Assembly: GCA_021849125.1 (NCBI GenBank)
Contig: JAJZTG010000006.1
Span: 1 to 39,132, forward strand
DNA from: a bacterium
GTDB taxonomy: Bacteria > Patescibacteriota > Minisyncoccia > Phycocordibacterales > Phycocordibacteraceae
Length of the DNA: 39,132 nucleotides
Direction: 5' to 3'
In this document: in pieces, positions 25,142 to 35,207 of the stretch
Layout of the letters: every line of letters starts with the position of its first letter
Position numbering within the stretch: position 1 is the first letter of the stretch
Notes under the pieces: model-generated
What the model was told of the DNA's origin: nothing
The model's database searches: none
Seen by the model: only the letters and a program-made list of their open reading frames with translations
Translations under genes and position numbers: made by a program

Positions 25142-26155
25142 ATGACCGGTTTTTCTAACGGGGTGAATGAAGAGGCACGCTATGTTCCGACCAAGTACGA
25201 CTCGGTCTTTTGGATCGATGTCGATCGTATCGTGCCGAACCCCTATCAGCCCCGCCGTGAATTCAGCGAAATGGGCCTCAAGTCGCTCGCCGAGAGCATC
25301 CGCCAGTATGGCGTCCTCCAACCGCTCGTCGTGAGCCGTACTGATGTCGAGAAGCCAGACGGCGGTCTTGAGAGCGTCTACGAGCTTGTCGCCGGCGAGC
25401 GTCGTTTGCGCGCGAGCAAGCTCGCAGGTCTCACGCAGGTGCCGGTAGTGATCCGTCAAGGCGAAAGCAATCTCACGAAGCTCGAGCTCGCGATCATCGA
25501 GAACCTCCAGCGCGAAGACCTGAACGCGATCGACCGCGCGAAAGCGCTCCAGAAGCTCATAGAAGAGTTCGGTCTCTCGCATGGTGAGACCGCCGCGAAG
25601 ATCGGCAGGAGCCGTGAGTATGTCTCAAACAGTCTCCGTCTTCTGGCTCTGCCTGAGCATATCCAGACCGCGATCGTTGCTAGGGAGATCACCGAGGGCC
25701 ATGCGCGTCCGCTCTTGGCGCTTAATGATCGTCCTGAGGAGCGCGAAACGCTTTTCAAGGAAATCATCCTCAAGAAGCTGCCGGTCCGTGCCGCCGAGCG
25801 TATCGCACGCTCGATCGCTCAGGAACGCGTCCGCTCATATCACCGGAAGACTCGCGAGACCGTCGAGCTCGAGAAATCGCTTACCGAGACCTTGGGTACG
25901 CGCGTCATCATCGAGACTAACGCGGAAGGGGGCCGGCTCCTCATCGAATTTTTCTCGCCGGAAGACCTCCAGCACTTGGTCGATGCGCTTGTCGCGGAGC
26001 GCGAGGCAGAAGCGCAGCGTGTAGCAGAAGCGGTAGAGCAGTATCCGGTCTACCCGAACACGACTCAGGTCGAGGACGGCGCTATCGCGCAGGCGGCTCC
26101 GGAAGAACCGTCAGAAGACGAAGATCTCTACTCAGTGAGCGGATTTGCCGTGTAG
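25142..26155 (+). CDS. parB: ParB/Spo0J chromosome partition protein
   Basis: PNPYQPRR, GVLQPL, AGERRLRA, IIENLQREDLN, HTH GRSREYVSNSLRLL. Confidence 0.95.
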   Translation: MTGFSNGVNEEARYVPTKYDSVFWIDVDRIVPNPYQPRREFSEMGLKSLAESIRQYGVLQPLVVSRTDVEKPDGGLESVYELVAGERRLRASKLAGLTQVPVVIRQGESNLTKLELAIIENLQREDLNAIDRAKALQKLIEEFGLSHGETAAKIGRSREYVSNSLRLLALPEHIQTAIVAREITEGHARPLLALNDRPEERETLFKEIILKKLPVRAAERIARSIAQERVRSYHRKTRETVELEKSLTETLGTRVIIETNAEGGRLLIEFFSPEDLQHLVDALVAEREAEAQRVAEAVEQYPVYPNTTQVEDGAIAQAAPEEPSEDEDLYSVSGFAV

Positions 26156-27745
26156 GGTACGCATGCTCGAGCGGCGGTGTCGCGCTCGTCGCCCTGGATG
26201 TTTCGTTGGTTCCGTGAGGCCGAGCGCCGCACGGATATTTTTTCGCGCGAGCGACGTGCGTACGAGTTCGAGCCATTTGGGCGAGGGGTGCGCCGAGTCG
26301 CGTCGGATGATCTCCACGATATCGCCATTGCTGAGTACCGTATCGAAAGAGGCGAGTTTCCCGTTCACCTTCGCTCCTTGCAAGTGATCGCCGAGATCGG
26401 AGTGGATCGCATAGGCGAAATCGATCGGCGTCGAGGCGGCAGGGAGGTCGACCACATCTCCTTTCGGAGTGAAGACGAAGACGCGATGAGAAAAGAAATC
26501 TTCCTTGAGTCCTTCCACGAATTCCTGCGAACCGGTGGCCTCGGCATGCGCCTCGGCGAGTTCAGCGAGCCAGGGCGGGACTTTCGCAGGACTAGAAGCT
26601 TCCTCGCCGCTCTTGCTCATGCGCATAAGCGAAGGGATGAGAGAGCGCCAAGAAGAAGCAAGGGAAGAGAAGCGGCTTCGCTGCGCGTTCGGGTTGAGTT
26701 GGTCGATATCCTTCCCAAGCTGTTTATAGGACATATGGGACGCGATACCGAAGCTTGCGTGACGGTGCATCTCTTCCGTGCGGATCTGGATTTCCACGAC
26801 ACCCGCATCAGGAGTCATTACCGTGGTGTGGAGCGACTGATACCCGTTCGGTTTCGGGAAAGCGATGTAGTCCTTGAATTGCCCAGGAATCGGCTTGTAA
26901 AGGGCGTGGATGAGACCGAGGGCCACATAGCAGTCCTCCATCGTTGGCACGATGACGCGCAGGGCGGCGATGTCGTGGATGAGGTTGATGTCATCATTCT
27001 TGCGCTTCAGCTTCTGGTGGAGGCTCCAAAGTCCTTTCATGCGGATATCGGTATGGAAATCCTTAAGCCCCTTCTTTGCGAGTTCCTGGCCGATCTCCTT
27101 GCGCACCTTTGCGAGCCCGGCTTCCGTTTCTTTCGTTTTCAATTTGCGCATCTCGGCGACATGCTGTGCGGCGTCCGGGTCGATATACGGAAAGGCGAGA
27201 TCTTCGAGCGCAGTCTTCATGCGGCCCATACCGAGACGATCGGCGATCGGCGCATAGATCTCGATGGTCTCAAGCGCGATCCGGCGGCGTTTGTGTTCTG
27301 GCACATGCTCCAAGGTTTGCATGTTGTTATAGCGATCAGCGAGCTTCACGATGAGTACACGGATATCGCTTGCGGTCGCGACAAGGAGACGGCGCAAGCT
27401 CTCCGCATGCCGTTCCGCACCGTGGTATTTGTGAGTGCCGAGCTTGGTCACCCCGTCGATGATGAAGAGGAGGTCTTTCCCGAAATCTTTCTCGATATCC
27501 TCACAGGTTGCTTTTCCGTCCTCGACGACGTCGTGGAGAAGGCCGGCAGCGATGGTGGTCGCATCCATGCCATATTCGGCGAGCACCTTCGCGGTTGCGG
27601 CAGGATGGATGAAGTACGGTTCGCCGGAGTAACGGAGCTGTCCCTCGTGAGCTTTCTTCGCGAGCTCGTAGGCTTTCTCGATATACGCGATGTCCGCTTC
27701 GGACGGATGGGACATCGCCGCGATGATCTCCTTGGCCGTGGTCAT
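26132..27745 (-). CDS. rel: RelA/SpoT homolog (HD + synthetase + TGS, no ACT domain)
   Basis: SGEPYFIHP, LLHDVVED, VKLADR, KDYIAFPKPNGYQSLHT, VFTPKG, DFAYAIH. Confidence 0.93.
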   Translation of the reverse strand: MTTAKEIIAAMSHPSEADIAYIEKAYELAKKAHEGQLRYSGEPYFIHPAATAKVLAEYGMDATTIAAGLLHDVVEDGKATCEDIEKDFGKDLLFIIDGVTKLGTHKYHGAERHAESLRRLLVATASDIRVLIVKLADRYNNMQTLEHVPEHKRRRIALETIEIYAPIADRLGMGRMKTALEDLAFPYIDPDAAQHVAEMRKLKTKETEAGLAKVRKEIGQELAKKGLKDFHTDIRMKGLWSLHQKLKRKNDDINLIHDIAALRVIVPTMEDCYVALGLIHALYKPIPGQFKDYIAFPKPNGYQSLHTTVMTPDAGVVEIQIRTEEMHRHASFGIASHMSYKQLGKDIDQLNPNAQRSRFSSLASSWRSLIPSLMRMSKSGEEASSPAKVPPWLAELAEAHAEATGSQEFVEGLKEDFFSHRVFVFTPKGDVVDLPAASTPIDFAYAIHSDLGDHLQGAKVNGKLASFDTVLSNGDIVEIIRRDSAHPSPKWLELVRTSLARKNIRAALGLTEPTKHPGRRARHRRSSMRTLHGKSAH

Positions 27746-27858
27746 CTCTGCACTATACACCAATATTGATTATTTTCCATAACGTGATATAAACACTAAC
27801 GGAAATATGCTAGATGGCATACGATCCTTTTCAAAGGATATTACGGAGGTGTCGAAAG

Positions 27859-28236
27859 ATGTCGCATATCCTTCTCGTCGAAGACGACCGTTTTATGCAA
27901 GAGGCGTTGTCGCTGACGCTGGAAATCATGGGGTGTAAGGTAAGTCTCGCTGCCGATAGCGATGAAGCATGGCGGATACTTACCGACCATCCGGTTGCCA
28001 CATTCAATGCGATTATTTCTGACATGCAAATGCCAGGGAAGGACGGTTTAGCTTTGCTTGCCGAGGTAAAGCGTGAAGAAAGCCTTCACAGGAATCTACC
28101 GTTTATCCTGCTGAGTGGAAGCATGACGCCGGAGTTGAGGGAAAGAGCTCTTCAAGGAGGCGCCAAGGAAGCTCTCTCAAAGACAGAGCATAAGCTCCAA
28201 GCGATCCTTAAAGGATTACTCAACCTCAAGGAATAA
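27859..28236 (+). CDS. single-domain response regulator (CheY-like)
   Basis: ILLVEDD, IISDMQMPGKDG, ILLSG, ALSK; GGAGG RBS. Confidence 0.9.
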   Translation: MSHILLVEDDRFMQEALSLTLEIMGCKVSLAADSDEAWRILTDHPVATFNAIISDMQMPGKDGLALLAEVKREESLHRNLPFILLSGSMTPELRERALQGGAKEALSKTEHKLQAILKGLLNLKE

Positions 28237-28242
28237 TTGTTA

Positions 28243-28270
28243 AAACGCGTCTTCAGGCGCGTTTCTCTTT
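28243..28270 (+). terminator. intrinsic terminator
   Basis: aaacgcgtc-ttca-ggcgcgttt followed by T-rich tract. Confidence 0.7.
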
Positions 28271-28351
28271 TATTTGGTTGTGGTATAACGAACGCAGAAC
28301 CAGGCACTCCTGAAAGGGAGATTTCGTAGAAGTTTTTTCTAGGAGGTGGAT

Positions 28352-28759
28352 ATGAACCCAGAAGTGGGGAAGAAACCCTGCGTCCTTCTCGTGAGCGCTG
28401 CGCTCGAACTGCATGCAGCCTTCGAGTATGTTCTCAATGAAGGAGGGTTCGATACCGTTACCGTAACAAGTCGTCGTGACGGTATGCGGGAACTCAACGC
28501 ACGTGGCGGTCGCACGTACGCGGTTGTGGTCGTCGATGATGAGCTTCTGAATGGCAACGGTCTCGACCTTTTGGCGGAGCTGAAAGTTCGACCTGATTCG
28601 AAACCCCCCTCTGTCTTCATGGTCCGTAATCTGACCAGGGAAGTAGAGATGCAGGCCTCAAGCATGGGAGCTACGCGAATCATTGGCAGGGAATATTTCG
28701 GCGAACTCGCAGGACTCGTTCGTGACATTATGGACGAGAAGCAAACGATGGTCGTCTAA
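28352..28759 (+). CDS. atypical single-domain receiver protein
   Basis: VLLVS..VVVVDDELLNGNGLDLL..ASSMGA; lacks acidic pocket and conserved Lys; AGGAGG RBS. Confidence 0.7.
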   Translation: MNPEVGKKPCVLLVSAALELHAAFEYVLNEGGFDTVTVTSRRDGMRELNARGGRTYAVVVVDDELLNGNGLDLLAELKVRPDSKPPSVFMVRNLTREVEMQASSMGATRIIGREYFGELAGLVRDIMDEKQTMVV

Positions 28760-28777
28760 TCTGTCGACAAGAAAACA

Positions 28778-28803
28778 AAAAGCGCACCTTCGGGTGCGCT
28801 TTC
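28778..28803. terminator. bidirectional terminator
   Basis: aaaagcgcacc-ttcg-ggtgcgctttt. Confidence 0.85.
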
Positions 28804-31176
28804 TTATTTGAGATACTCGGCTGCTTCCGCGGGCGTGAGCGCATCGGGCGACGTGCCTTCCGGCAGGTAGATGCGGCGGAGGCCTTTCTTCAAGAAGAGC
28901 CCCTGCTTCGACTTGTAGAGCGTGATCGTCTTGCCGGTCTTCGGATGCTTGCCGACTTCTTTCACAATCTCGACACCACGCGGTGGCTTCTTCGGCTCGG
29001 CAAGGATCGCGAGCGCCTGATCGAGGGTTACCGTGTAGGGATCAGCGACAGCGGCCTTCAACGAGCGGAATTCGCCATCACTACCCACATACGGGCCGAA
29101 GCGTCCGGTGGAGGCGAAGACCGGCTTGCCGGTGCCTGGATGGGTCCCGAGCTCGCGCGGGAGGGAGAGGTAGCGGAGCGCATCAGCAAGCGTCACCTGC
29201 GAGAGGTCCGTACCAGGAGGGATGCTCGCGCGCTTTGCTGCTTTCTTCGGACGACCTTTGCCGCGCTTCTTCGGCTTCTCTTCAGCCGCTTCCGGTTCTT
29301 CCTCAAGCGCCATCTCGACGTACGGACCGTAGCGTCCGGTCTTTACGAAAATAGGCGCGCCGGTCTTCGGGTCGTGGCCGATCGGTTCGTCGCCCTTGAG
29401 CTCGACACCTTCTTCCGTGCGTGCACCGAGACAGTCCGGGTATTTCTTGCAGCTCATGAATACGCCGCCACGGCCGAGCTTGAACTCCATCGGGCTGCCA
29501 CAAAGCGGGCACGGGAACTCAGAGGGTGCATCGCCGAGTGCGGTCGCTTTAGGAAGCTTGTCTTTGGCGTGTACGGCTTTCTCGAATGGTCCATAGAATG
29601 CAGAGAGCGTAGCGACGTATCCGCGCTCGCCGCGCGCGATCTCGTCGAGCTCATCTTCCATCTCGGCCGTGAAGGTGTCGCTTACGTACTCGGGGAAGTG
29701 TTCCTCGAGCCAGCCGGAGACCACCATGCCGGTCGCGGTCGGCCGGAGCGTACGCCCAGTCTTCTCGACATAGCCGCGGTCCTGGATGGTCTTCATGATC
29801 GACGCATAAGTAGACGGACGTCCGATCCCGCGCTTCTCGAGTTCCTTGATGAGACCCGCTTCGGTGTAGCGGTTCGGCGGTTCGGTCTGCTTCTCGTCGC
29901 TGCCGAGCGAGATGAGCGTGAGCGCGTCGCCTTCCTTGAGGCTCGGGAGCTCGACGTCTTCGCCGCGTGCGCGGGTATCGAGTGCGAGCCAGCCCGGGAA
30001 GAGTACGCGCGAGCCGGTCGTCGAGAAGAGCGGGATGTCTGCGTCCGCTTTCGCGGCGATCGTCGTGCGCATGACCTTTGCGCTCGCCATCTGCGACGCG
30101 AGCGTACGGGTGCGGATGAGCGTGTAGAGCTGCTCTTCGTCAGGCGTGGCGCCTGCGCGCTCACGCGACGGCTCGGTGGGGCGCACGGCTTCGTGCGCTT
30201 CCTGCGCGTTCTTGCTCGTCGACTTGTAGGTGCGTACCTGTACGTACTCCCGGCCGAACTCCTGTTCGACGACGCCAGCCATCTTCGCGACCGCTTCCTT
30301 CGCGAGGGTTACCGAGTCGGTACGCATGTAGGTGATATGGCCCGCTTCGTAGAGTTTCTGCGCAGCACGCATCGTGCGCGATGGCGCGAAGCCGAGACGG
30401 GTCGAAGCAGCTTGCTGCAGGGTAGAAGTCGTGAAGGGGGGACGCGGATTGCGATCCTCTTCTTTCTCAGTGACCGACGCGACGCTCCAAGTAGCGCTCC
30501 GGCCGAGGGTCACGATCCGTTCTGCTTCTTCCGGGGTCGCCGGTTCTTCGACGCAGACAGCAGGGATCTTCTCGCTCTTTTTGGTGCGGAAGAGCGCGTT
30601 TAGGACGAAGTACGTGACGGGCACGAACGCCTTGATCTCGCGCTCACGTTCAGCGAGGATGCGGAGCGCGGGTGACTGCACGCGTCCGGCCGAGAGGCCG
30701 TACCGCACCTTCTTCCAGATGAGTCCCGAGAGATCGTAGCCGACGATACGGTCGAGGACGCGGCGTGCCTCTTGCGCTTCGCGCAGGTGTTCGTCGATCG
30801 CACGGGGATGAGCGAGGGCTTCCTCGATCGCGCTTTTGGTGATCTCGTGGAAAACGACGCGCTGCGGTTTCTTGAGTCCTGCCACCTCCTTGATGTGCCA
30901 GGCGATCGCTTCGCCTTCGCGGTCGGGGTCGGTCGCGAGGAAGATCTCATCGGCCTTTTCGGCAGCGCGTTCGATCTTCGCGATCGTCTCACGCTTCTCG
31001 GCAGGGATCACGTAGCGCGGCACGAAACCGCCCTCGATATCGACGGCGTCCTTGTTGCTCTTTGGGAGGTCGCGGATATGGCCGACCGAAGCGAGGACGG
31101 TGTAATCCTTGCCCAAATAGTTACCGATGGTCTTCGCCTTGGTGGGCGACTCGACGATAAGTAAACGTTTGCTCAT
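28804..31176 (-). CDS. topA: DNA topoisomerase I
   Basis: IVESPTKAKTI, ATDPDREGE, SAGRVQ, ITYMRTDS, GIGRPSTY; one Zn ribbon plus GRYGPY repeats. Confidence 0.98.
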   Translation of the reverse strand: MSKRLLIVESPTKAKTIGNYLGKDYTVLASVGHIRDLPKSNKDAVDIEGGFVPRYVIPAEKRETIAKIERAAEKADEIFLATDPDREGEAIAWHIKEVAGLKKPQRVVFHEITKSAIEEALAHPRAIDEHLREAQEARRVLDRIVGYDLSGLIWKKVRYGLSAGRVQSPALRILAEREREIKAFVPVTYFVLNALFRTKKSEKIPAVCVEEPATPEEAERIVTLGRSATWSVASVTEKEEDRNPRPPFTTSTLQQAASTRLGFAPSRTMRAAQKLYEAGHITYMRTDSVTLAKEAVAKMAGVVEQEFGREYVQVRTYKSTSKNAQEAHEAVRPTEPSRERAGATPDEEQLYTLIRTRTLASQMASAKVMRTTIAAKADADIPLFSTTGSRVLFPGWLALDTRARGEDVELPSLKEGDALTLISLGSDEKQTEPPNRYTEAGLIKELEKRGIGRPSTYASIMKTIQDRGYVEKTGRTLRPTATGMVVSGWLEEHFPEYVSDTFTAEMEDELDEIARGERGYVATLSAFYGPFEKAVHAKDKLPKATALGDAPSEFPCPLCGSPMEFKLGRGGVFMSCKKYPDCLGARTEEGVELKGDEPIGHDPKTGAPIFVKTGRYGPYVEMALEEEPEAAEEKPKKRGKGRPKKAAKRASIPPGTDLSQVTLADALRYLSLPRELGTHPGTGKPVFASTGRFGPYVGSDGEFRSLKAAVADPYTVTLDQALAILAEPKKPPRGVEIVKEVGKHPKTGKTITLYKSKQGLFLKKGLRRIYLPEGTSPDALTPAEAAEYLK

Positions 31177-31216
31177 TCATCCACTCTTAACCCGTATACC
31201 TATATATGGTCAAGGG

Positions 31217-31996
31217 CTACTGTACGACTTCGGCGACGATCGGGTGGTGGTCGGAACCATAACGATCGCTCAATACGGAGGCATCCTGTACGCGGAATAC
31301 GGACGAGACGAGGATGTGATCGAGCTGCGAGCGGGAGAGGACATGCGTCGCTTTGCCGCGCATCACGTTCGTGAGCGAGTGCTCGACGAAGCGTCGTTCG
31401 ATGTGGGAACGCTCGCGCGTATAGAAGAGCGTATCGGTGGCTTTGCCGCCTAAGAGCCAGTTGAGTGGCGTGATGTGCGGGCGCTCGAGCGTATTGAAAT
31501 CGCCGCAGACGATCGTAGGGAATTCCGGGTCGCGCTCGAGCATCGCACGCTCGAATTCCTTGAGACGCATCGCGGGCTGGAGAAGGACGAGGTGGAGATT
31601 GAAGACGCGTACGCGCGTATCGTTTTTCATGAGATCTGCGAACAGCCCGTGTCGGTTGCGTGTCTCGGAGAAATGCCATGGGCGCATGAAGCGCACGAAA
31701 AGACGCGTACGCATCGGCAAGGTCGCCCAATAATCCTCAAAAGGAATGATGCCTTGGCTCACGATGGGGTAGTGCGAAAGGATGACGTTGTACATCGGCT
31801 CGACCTTGCCAGAGGGCAGATGCTTTTCCGTATCGATCTCGAAAGCGATATGACAGGGCAACGTTTTCAGTCTTTCGAGGAAGACCGGAGGGACTTCCTG
31901 GAGACAGAAAAGATCGAAGTCGGTTTGGGACACGAAGTCGAACGCGCGCTCGAGCTCCGCGTTCCGGTACAGCATGTTCCAAGAGTAGATGATCAT
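31217..31996 (-). CDS. endonuclease/exonuclease/phosphatase (EEP) family protein
   Basis: SWNM, CLQEV, NLHL, CGDFN, LDHI, SDHHP. Confidence 0.9.
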   Translation of the reverse strand: MIIYSWNMLYRNAELERAFDFVSQTDFDLFCLQEVPPVFLERLKTLPCHIAFEIDTEKHLPSGKVEPMYNVILSHYPIVSQGIIPFEDYWATLPMRTRLFVRFMRPWHFSETRNRHGLFADLMKNDTRVRVFNLHLVLLQPAMRLKEFERAMLERDPEFPTIVCGDFNTLERPHITPLNWLLGGKATDTLFYTRERSHIERRFVEHSLTNVMRGKATHVLSRSQLDHILVSSVFRVQDASVLSDRYGSDHHPIVAEVVQ

Positions 31997-32850
31997 ATGC
32001 GATGCCACGCGCCGAATTCTTCTTTCACGAGGCCGCGGAGCTCAAGCGCGACGAGCGCAGTGAGCGCGTCCGAAGCGCCGAGCGAGCTTTCGCGAAGGAT
32101 CAGGTCGCGCGGCATGGGTTCCTGAAGCATACCCCAGATAACTCCTTCCGCGTCGGTGAGGTCGCTCGGCGCTTCGTTTTGCCTCGATCCCTCTCGTGGC
32201 GGAATACGAAGCGCCTCGAGGATGTGGAGCGGCTCGCTCACCAGGGTCGCGCCGAGTCGGAGGAAGAGATGCGAGCCGAACGAGTGCGGATCCTTGATGC
32301 GATGCGGGATGCACAGGAGCTCGCGATTATATTCGCCTGCAAGGCGCGCGGTGATGAGCGTGCCAGATTTTTCACCCGCTTCGATCACGAGTACTGCATC
32401 AGCGAGTCCGACCATGAGGCGGTTGCGTTCGGGGAAGTAGTAGGGTCGCGAGAGCTCATCTGGCGCGTACTCGGAAAGGAGGCCTCCGCCTGAAGCGACG
32501 ATGTCTTCAACAAGCGCACGATTGGCGCGCGGGTAGATGACGTCTTTCCCGAGACCAGAGCCTGGGACCGCAAGCGTATGAAGCCCGGCGGCAAGCGCGG
32601 CTTTATGCGCACAGGTATCGACACCGAGCGCGAGTCCGGAGACGATCGAGACCGGATAGTCCGCAAGCCCTGCGATGAGCATCTCGCACGCTTCTTGTCC
32701 GTAGCGGGTCATCGCGCGACTGCCTACCACCGTGAGGAGCTTATGACCTTCAGGTGGTAGTGCGCCACGCATCCAGAGCTTTGCGGGAGGTTGCGGTATT
32801 TCGAAAAGCTGCCGAGGCAACTCATCTCGTATGAGCTCGCGTATCTCCAT
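31993..32850 (-). CDS. dprA: DNA processing protein DprA
   Basis: VVGSR, IVSGLALGVD, FPERNR, SGTLITA; C-terminal wHTH. Confidence 0.95.
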   Translation of the reverse strand: MEIRELIRDELPRQLFEIPQPPAKLWMRGALPPEGHKLLTVVGSRAMTRYGQEACEMLIAGLADYPVSIVSGLALGVDTCAHKAALAAGLHTLAVPGSGLGKDVIYPRANRALVEDIVASGGGLLSEYAPDELSRPYYFPERNRLMVGLADAVLVIEAGEKSGTLITARLAGEYNRELLCIPHRIKDPHSFGSHLFLRLGATLVSEPLHILEALRIPPREGSRQNEAPSDLTDAEGVIWGMLQEPMPRDLILRESSLGASDALTALVALELRGLVKEEFGAWHRI

Positions 32851-32944
32851 ATTTTCAGTATACCTTTGCAGCATCGCGATATTCTTGTATAGTCGGACAG
32901 GATTTCACCCGTGTACAACTGTCATCATAGAGGAGTTCAGAAGC

Positions 32945-33352
32945 ATGCCCGCTACTCAGCAAGCAGGACAAAAGAAGATCATCATCGCCGAAAACCGCGG
33001 TAACGACCAATGGCTACGACACTGGGTCAAGGACACCGTCAAATGTGCCCACCCTCATCAATACAGTGTCGCCGAAGAAGCGTATCTGGTCGCACGCAGC
33101 CTTCGCGAGGCAGGGGAGGACGTTACGGTCATCATCGGCCAGCCGGAAAAGTGGTTCATCCACGAGCTTGATCCCGAGGAAGAGGTTGCGCGCGAATCGT
33201 TCCGCGACAGTTTCCGAGCTCTCGGCCTGGATGAAGAAGACATCATCGACCTCGGTGACTATCCAGGCAACAGCGCAGCAAGGATCAAAGCGATGCAAGG
33301 CAAATTGCAACAGGTATGCGGTTTCTGTTTTACAGAGCCCGCTACCGTCTGA
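32945..33352 (+). CDS. hypothetical protein, possible degenerate PIG-L/LmbE-like fold
   Basis: AGGAG RBS; CAHPHQ..ARSLREAGEDVTVII..ALGLDEEDIIDLGDYP. Confidence 0.6.
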   Translation: MPATQQAGQKKIIIAENRGNDQWLRHWVKDTVKCAHPHQYSVAEEAYLVARSLREAGEDVTVIIGQPEKWFIHELDPEEEVARESFRDSFRALGLDEEDIIDLGDYPGNSAARIKAMQGKLQQVCGFCFTEPATV

Positions 33353-33472
33353 CTTTTCACCACCCACAATACCGCCTCAGGCGGTATTTCCTTTTATCTT
33401 GCCTTTATTCGAAACTCGTTTTATAGTAAAAGACAGGTTATCTGTACACGAAACTGATGCGAGGAGACCATC

Positions 33473-33868
33473 ATGAATCTGAGTCAAAACGGATTGGTCG
33501 TAGTCATAAGCGATTCGATCTCTGCAGAAACGCGTTGGGGGATCCAGAACATAGCCGATGACCAGTGCTTTGATTTTTTCGCACCGGTTCTCGTCAAGGC
33601 TGCCCTCAGGGAAATAGGGATGTGTATGAATCCCGAAGGTTGTATCGTCGTCTTCAATGTGAGCGCTCTTCACGGACAATCCGATGATGACAATCAAGAG
33701 GTGTTCGCTCGGGACAAAAAGATGTTCATGGAAAATCTGACGAAATTAGGCGTCCCGCTAGAACAAGTGTTGGATGTCGACAGCCTTGGTGAAGGCAAGG
33801 TCCTCGAACAAACTTTCGATCTCGCGCACCGGATAGTCCGGATGCGTCCTTGCGATTCCTTTCAGTGA
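33473..33868 (+). CDS. hypothetical protein
   Basis: GAGGAG RBS; TTGCCT-N17-TATAGT promoter. Confidence 0.6.
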   Translation: MNLSQNGLVVVISDSISAETRWGIQNIADDQCFDFFAPVLVKAALREIGMCMNPEGCIVVFNVSALHGQSDDDNQEVFARDKKMFMENLTKLGVPLEQVLDVDSLGEGKVLEQTFDLAHRIVRMRPCDSFQ

Positions 33869-33935
33869 GGTACGCAAAAACATTTCAATGCCGCCCCCGG
33901 GCGGCATTTTCCTTTGTGGTATACTCGCTCGTAAC

Positions 33936-35207
33936 ATGCTCGATATTCATTTCATCCGCGAAAACGCTGACATCGTGAAGGCCGGTGCTGCGAAAAAGCA
34001 CATCGATGTCGATATCGACAAGCTCGTTGCCGTCGACGAGGAGCGCAAGCGCCTGCGCTTCGACCTCGATACCAAGCGTGCAGAGCAGAATCGCCGGAGC
34101 GCAGAGATCCAGCGCGCACAAGGGGAGGAGCGCGAGAAACTCCTCGAAGCGATGCGTCAGCTGAAGAGCGGCATGACGGAAGAAGAAGAGCAGCTGAAGC
34201 AGGTGATGGTCGAGTGGCAGAAGCTCATGCTCGCGGTGCCGAACATCCCTGACATGTCGGTGCCCGATGGCGATAGCGACGCGGATAATCTCGAAGTGCG
34301 CGTGTGGGGCGAGAAGCCGACCTTCGATTTCAAGCCGAAGCCGCACTTCGAGCTCATGCAGTCCCTCGGCATGGCCGATTTCGAGCGCGGCGCGAAGGTC
34401 GCTGGCTTCCGCGGCTGGTTCCTCGTGGGTGATGGCGCGCGCCTTCTCTGGGGTCTACGCCGTTTCGTCGAGGACCGCTTCATGAATCGCGAGGGCTTCA
34501 CGCCACTCGTCGCTCCTTCGCTCGTCCGTCGTGAGCCGTTCGTCGGTACCGGCTATCTTCCGCAGAGCGAGGAAGACCTCTACAAGACTCAGGATGGCGA
34601 ATACCTCTCGGGTACGGCCGAAGTGGGCACGATGGGATACTACATGGACGAAGTCGTCGACAAGAACGCGCTTCCGATCAAGTTCTTCGCATACTCGCCG
34701 GCGTTCCGCCGCGAAGCGGGCAGTCACGGCAAAGACGAGAAAGGCGTGTTCCGCGTGCATGAGTTTGAGAAGTACGAGCAGGTCGTCCTCTGTGAGGCGG
34801 ATCATGCCGAGAGCGTGCGTCAGCACGAGGCGCTCACGGAAAACTCGGAGAAGCTCCTCCAGGAGCTCGGCCTCCATTACCACGTCGTGGTCAACTGCGG
34901 CGGCGACCTCGGTCTCGGTCAGGTGAAGAAATACGACCTCGAGGCATGGATGCCCTCCGAGGAGCGCTTCCGCGAGACCCACTCCGCCTCCTATTTTCAT
35001 GATTTCCAGACGCGCCGTCTGAACATCCGCTACCGTGATGAAGACGGCACCTTGAAGTTCGTGCATTCGCTTAACAACACCGCCCTCGCGATGCCGCGCA
35101 TCCTCACGCATATCGTCGAGAATTATCAGCAGGCAGATGGGACGATAAAAGTGCCCGAGGTCCTCGTACCGTATGTCGGGAAGAGCGTCATCGGCAGAAC
35201 CGCGTAG
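33936..35207 (+). CDS. serS: seryl-tRNA synthetase
   Basis: MLDIHFIREN, coiled-coil arm, GTAE, FRREAG, RVHEFEK, HSLNNT. Confidence 0.97.
   Translation: MLDIHFIRENADIVKAGAAKKHIDVDIDKLVAVDEERKRLRFDLDTKRAEQNRRSAEIQRAQGEEREKLLEAMRQLKSGMTEEEEQLKQVMVEWQKLMLAVPNIPDMSVPDGDSDADNLEVRVWGEKPTFDFKPKPHFELMQSLGMADFERGAKVAGFRGWFLVGDGARLLWGLRRFVEDRFMNREGFTPLVAPSLVRREPFVGTGYLPQSEEDLYKTQDGEYLSGTAEVGTMGYYMDEVVDKNALPIKFFAYSPAFRREAGSHGKDEKGVFRVHEFEKYEQVVLCEADHAESVRQHEALTENSEKLLQELGLHYHVVVNCGGDLGLGQVKKYDLEAWMPSEERFRETHSASYFHDFQTRRLNIRYRDEDGTLKFVHSLNNTALAMPRILTHIVENYQQADGTIKVPEVLVPYVGKSVIGRTA

Noticed and set aside
25043-26155. parS site, parA or oriC near parB
   Set aside because: No TGTTNCACGTGAAACA-like palindrome seen; DnaA-box-like words (about 4005, 7068, 8001) are scattered, not clustered
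26132-26155. 24-nt convergent overlap of parB and rel; 35-nt serS/ftsQ overlap
   Set aside because: Short overlaps are ordinary in compact genomes
26177-30603. Long antisense ORFs (26177-27769, 28945-30603; likewise 82-1197, 965-2101)
   Set aside because: Shadow frames of GC3-rich rel, topA and gyrA genes with no recognisable motifs
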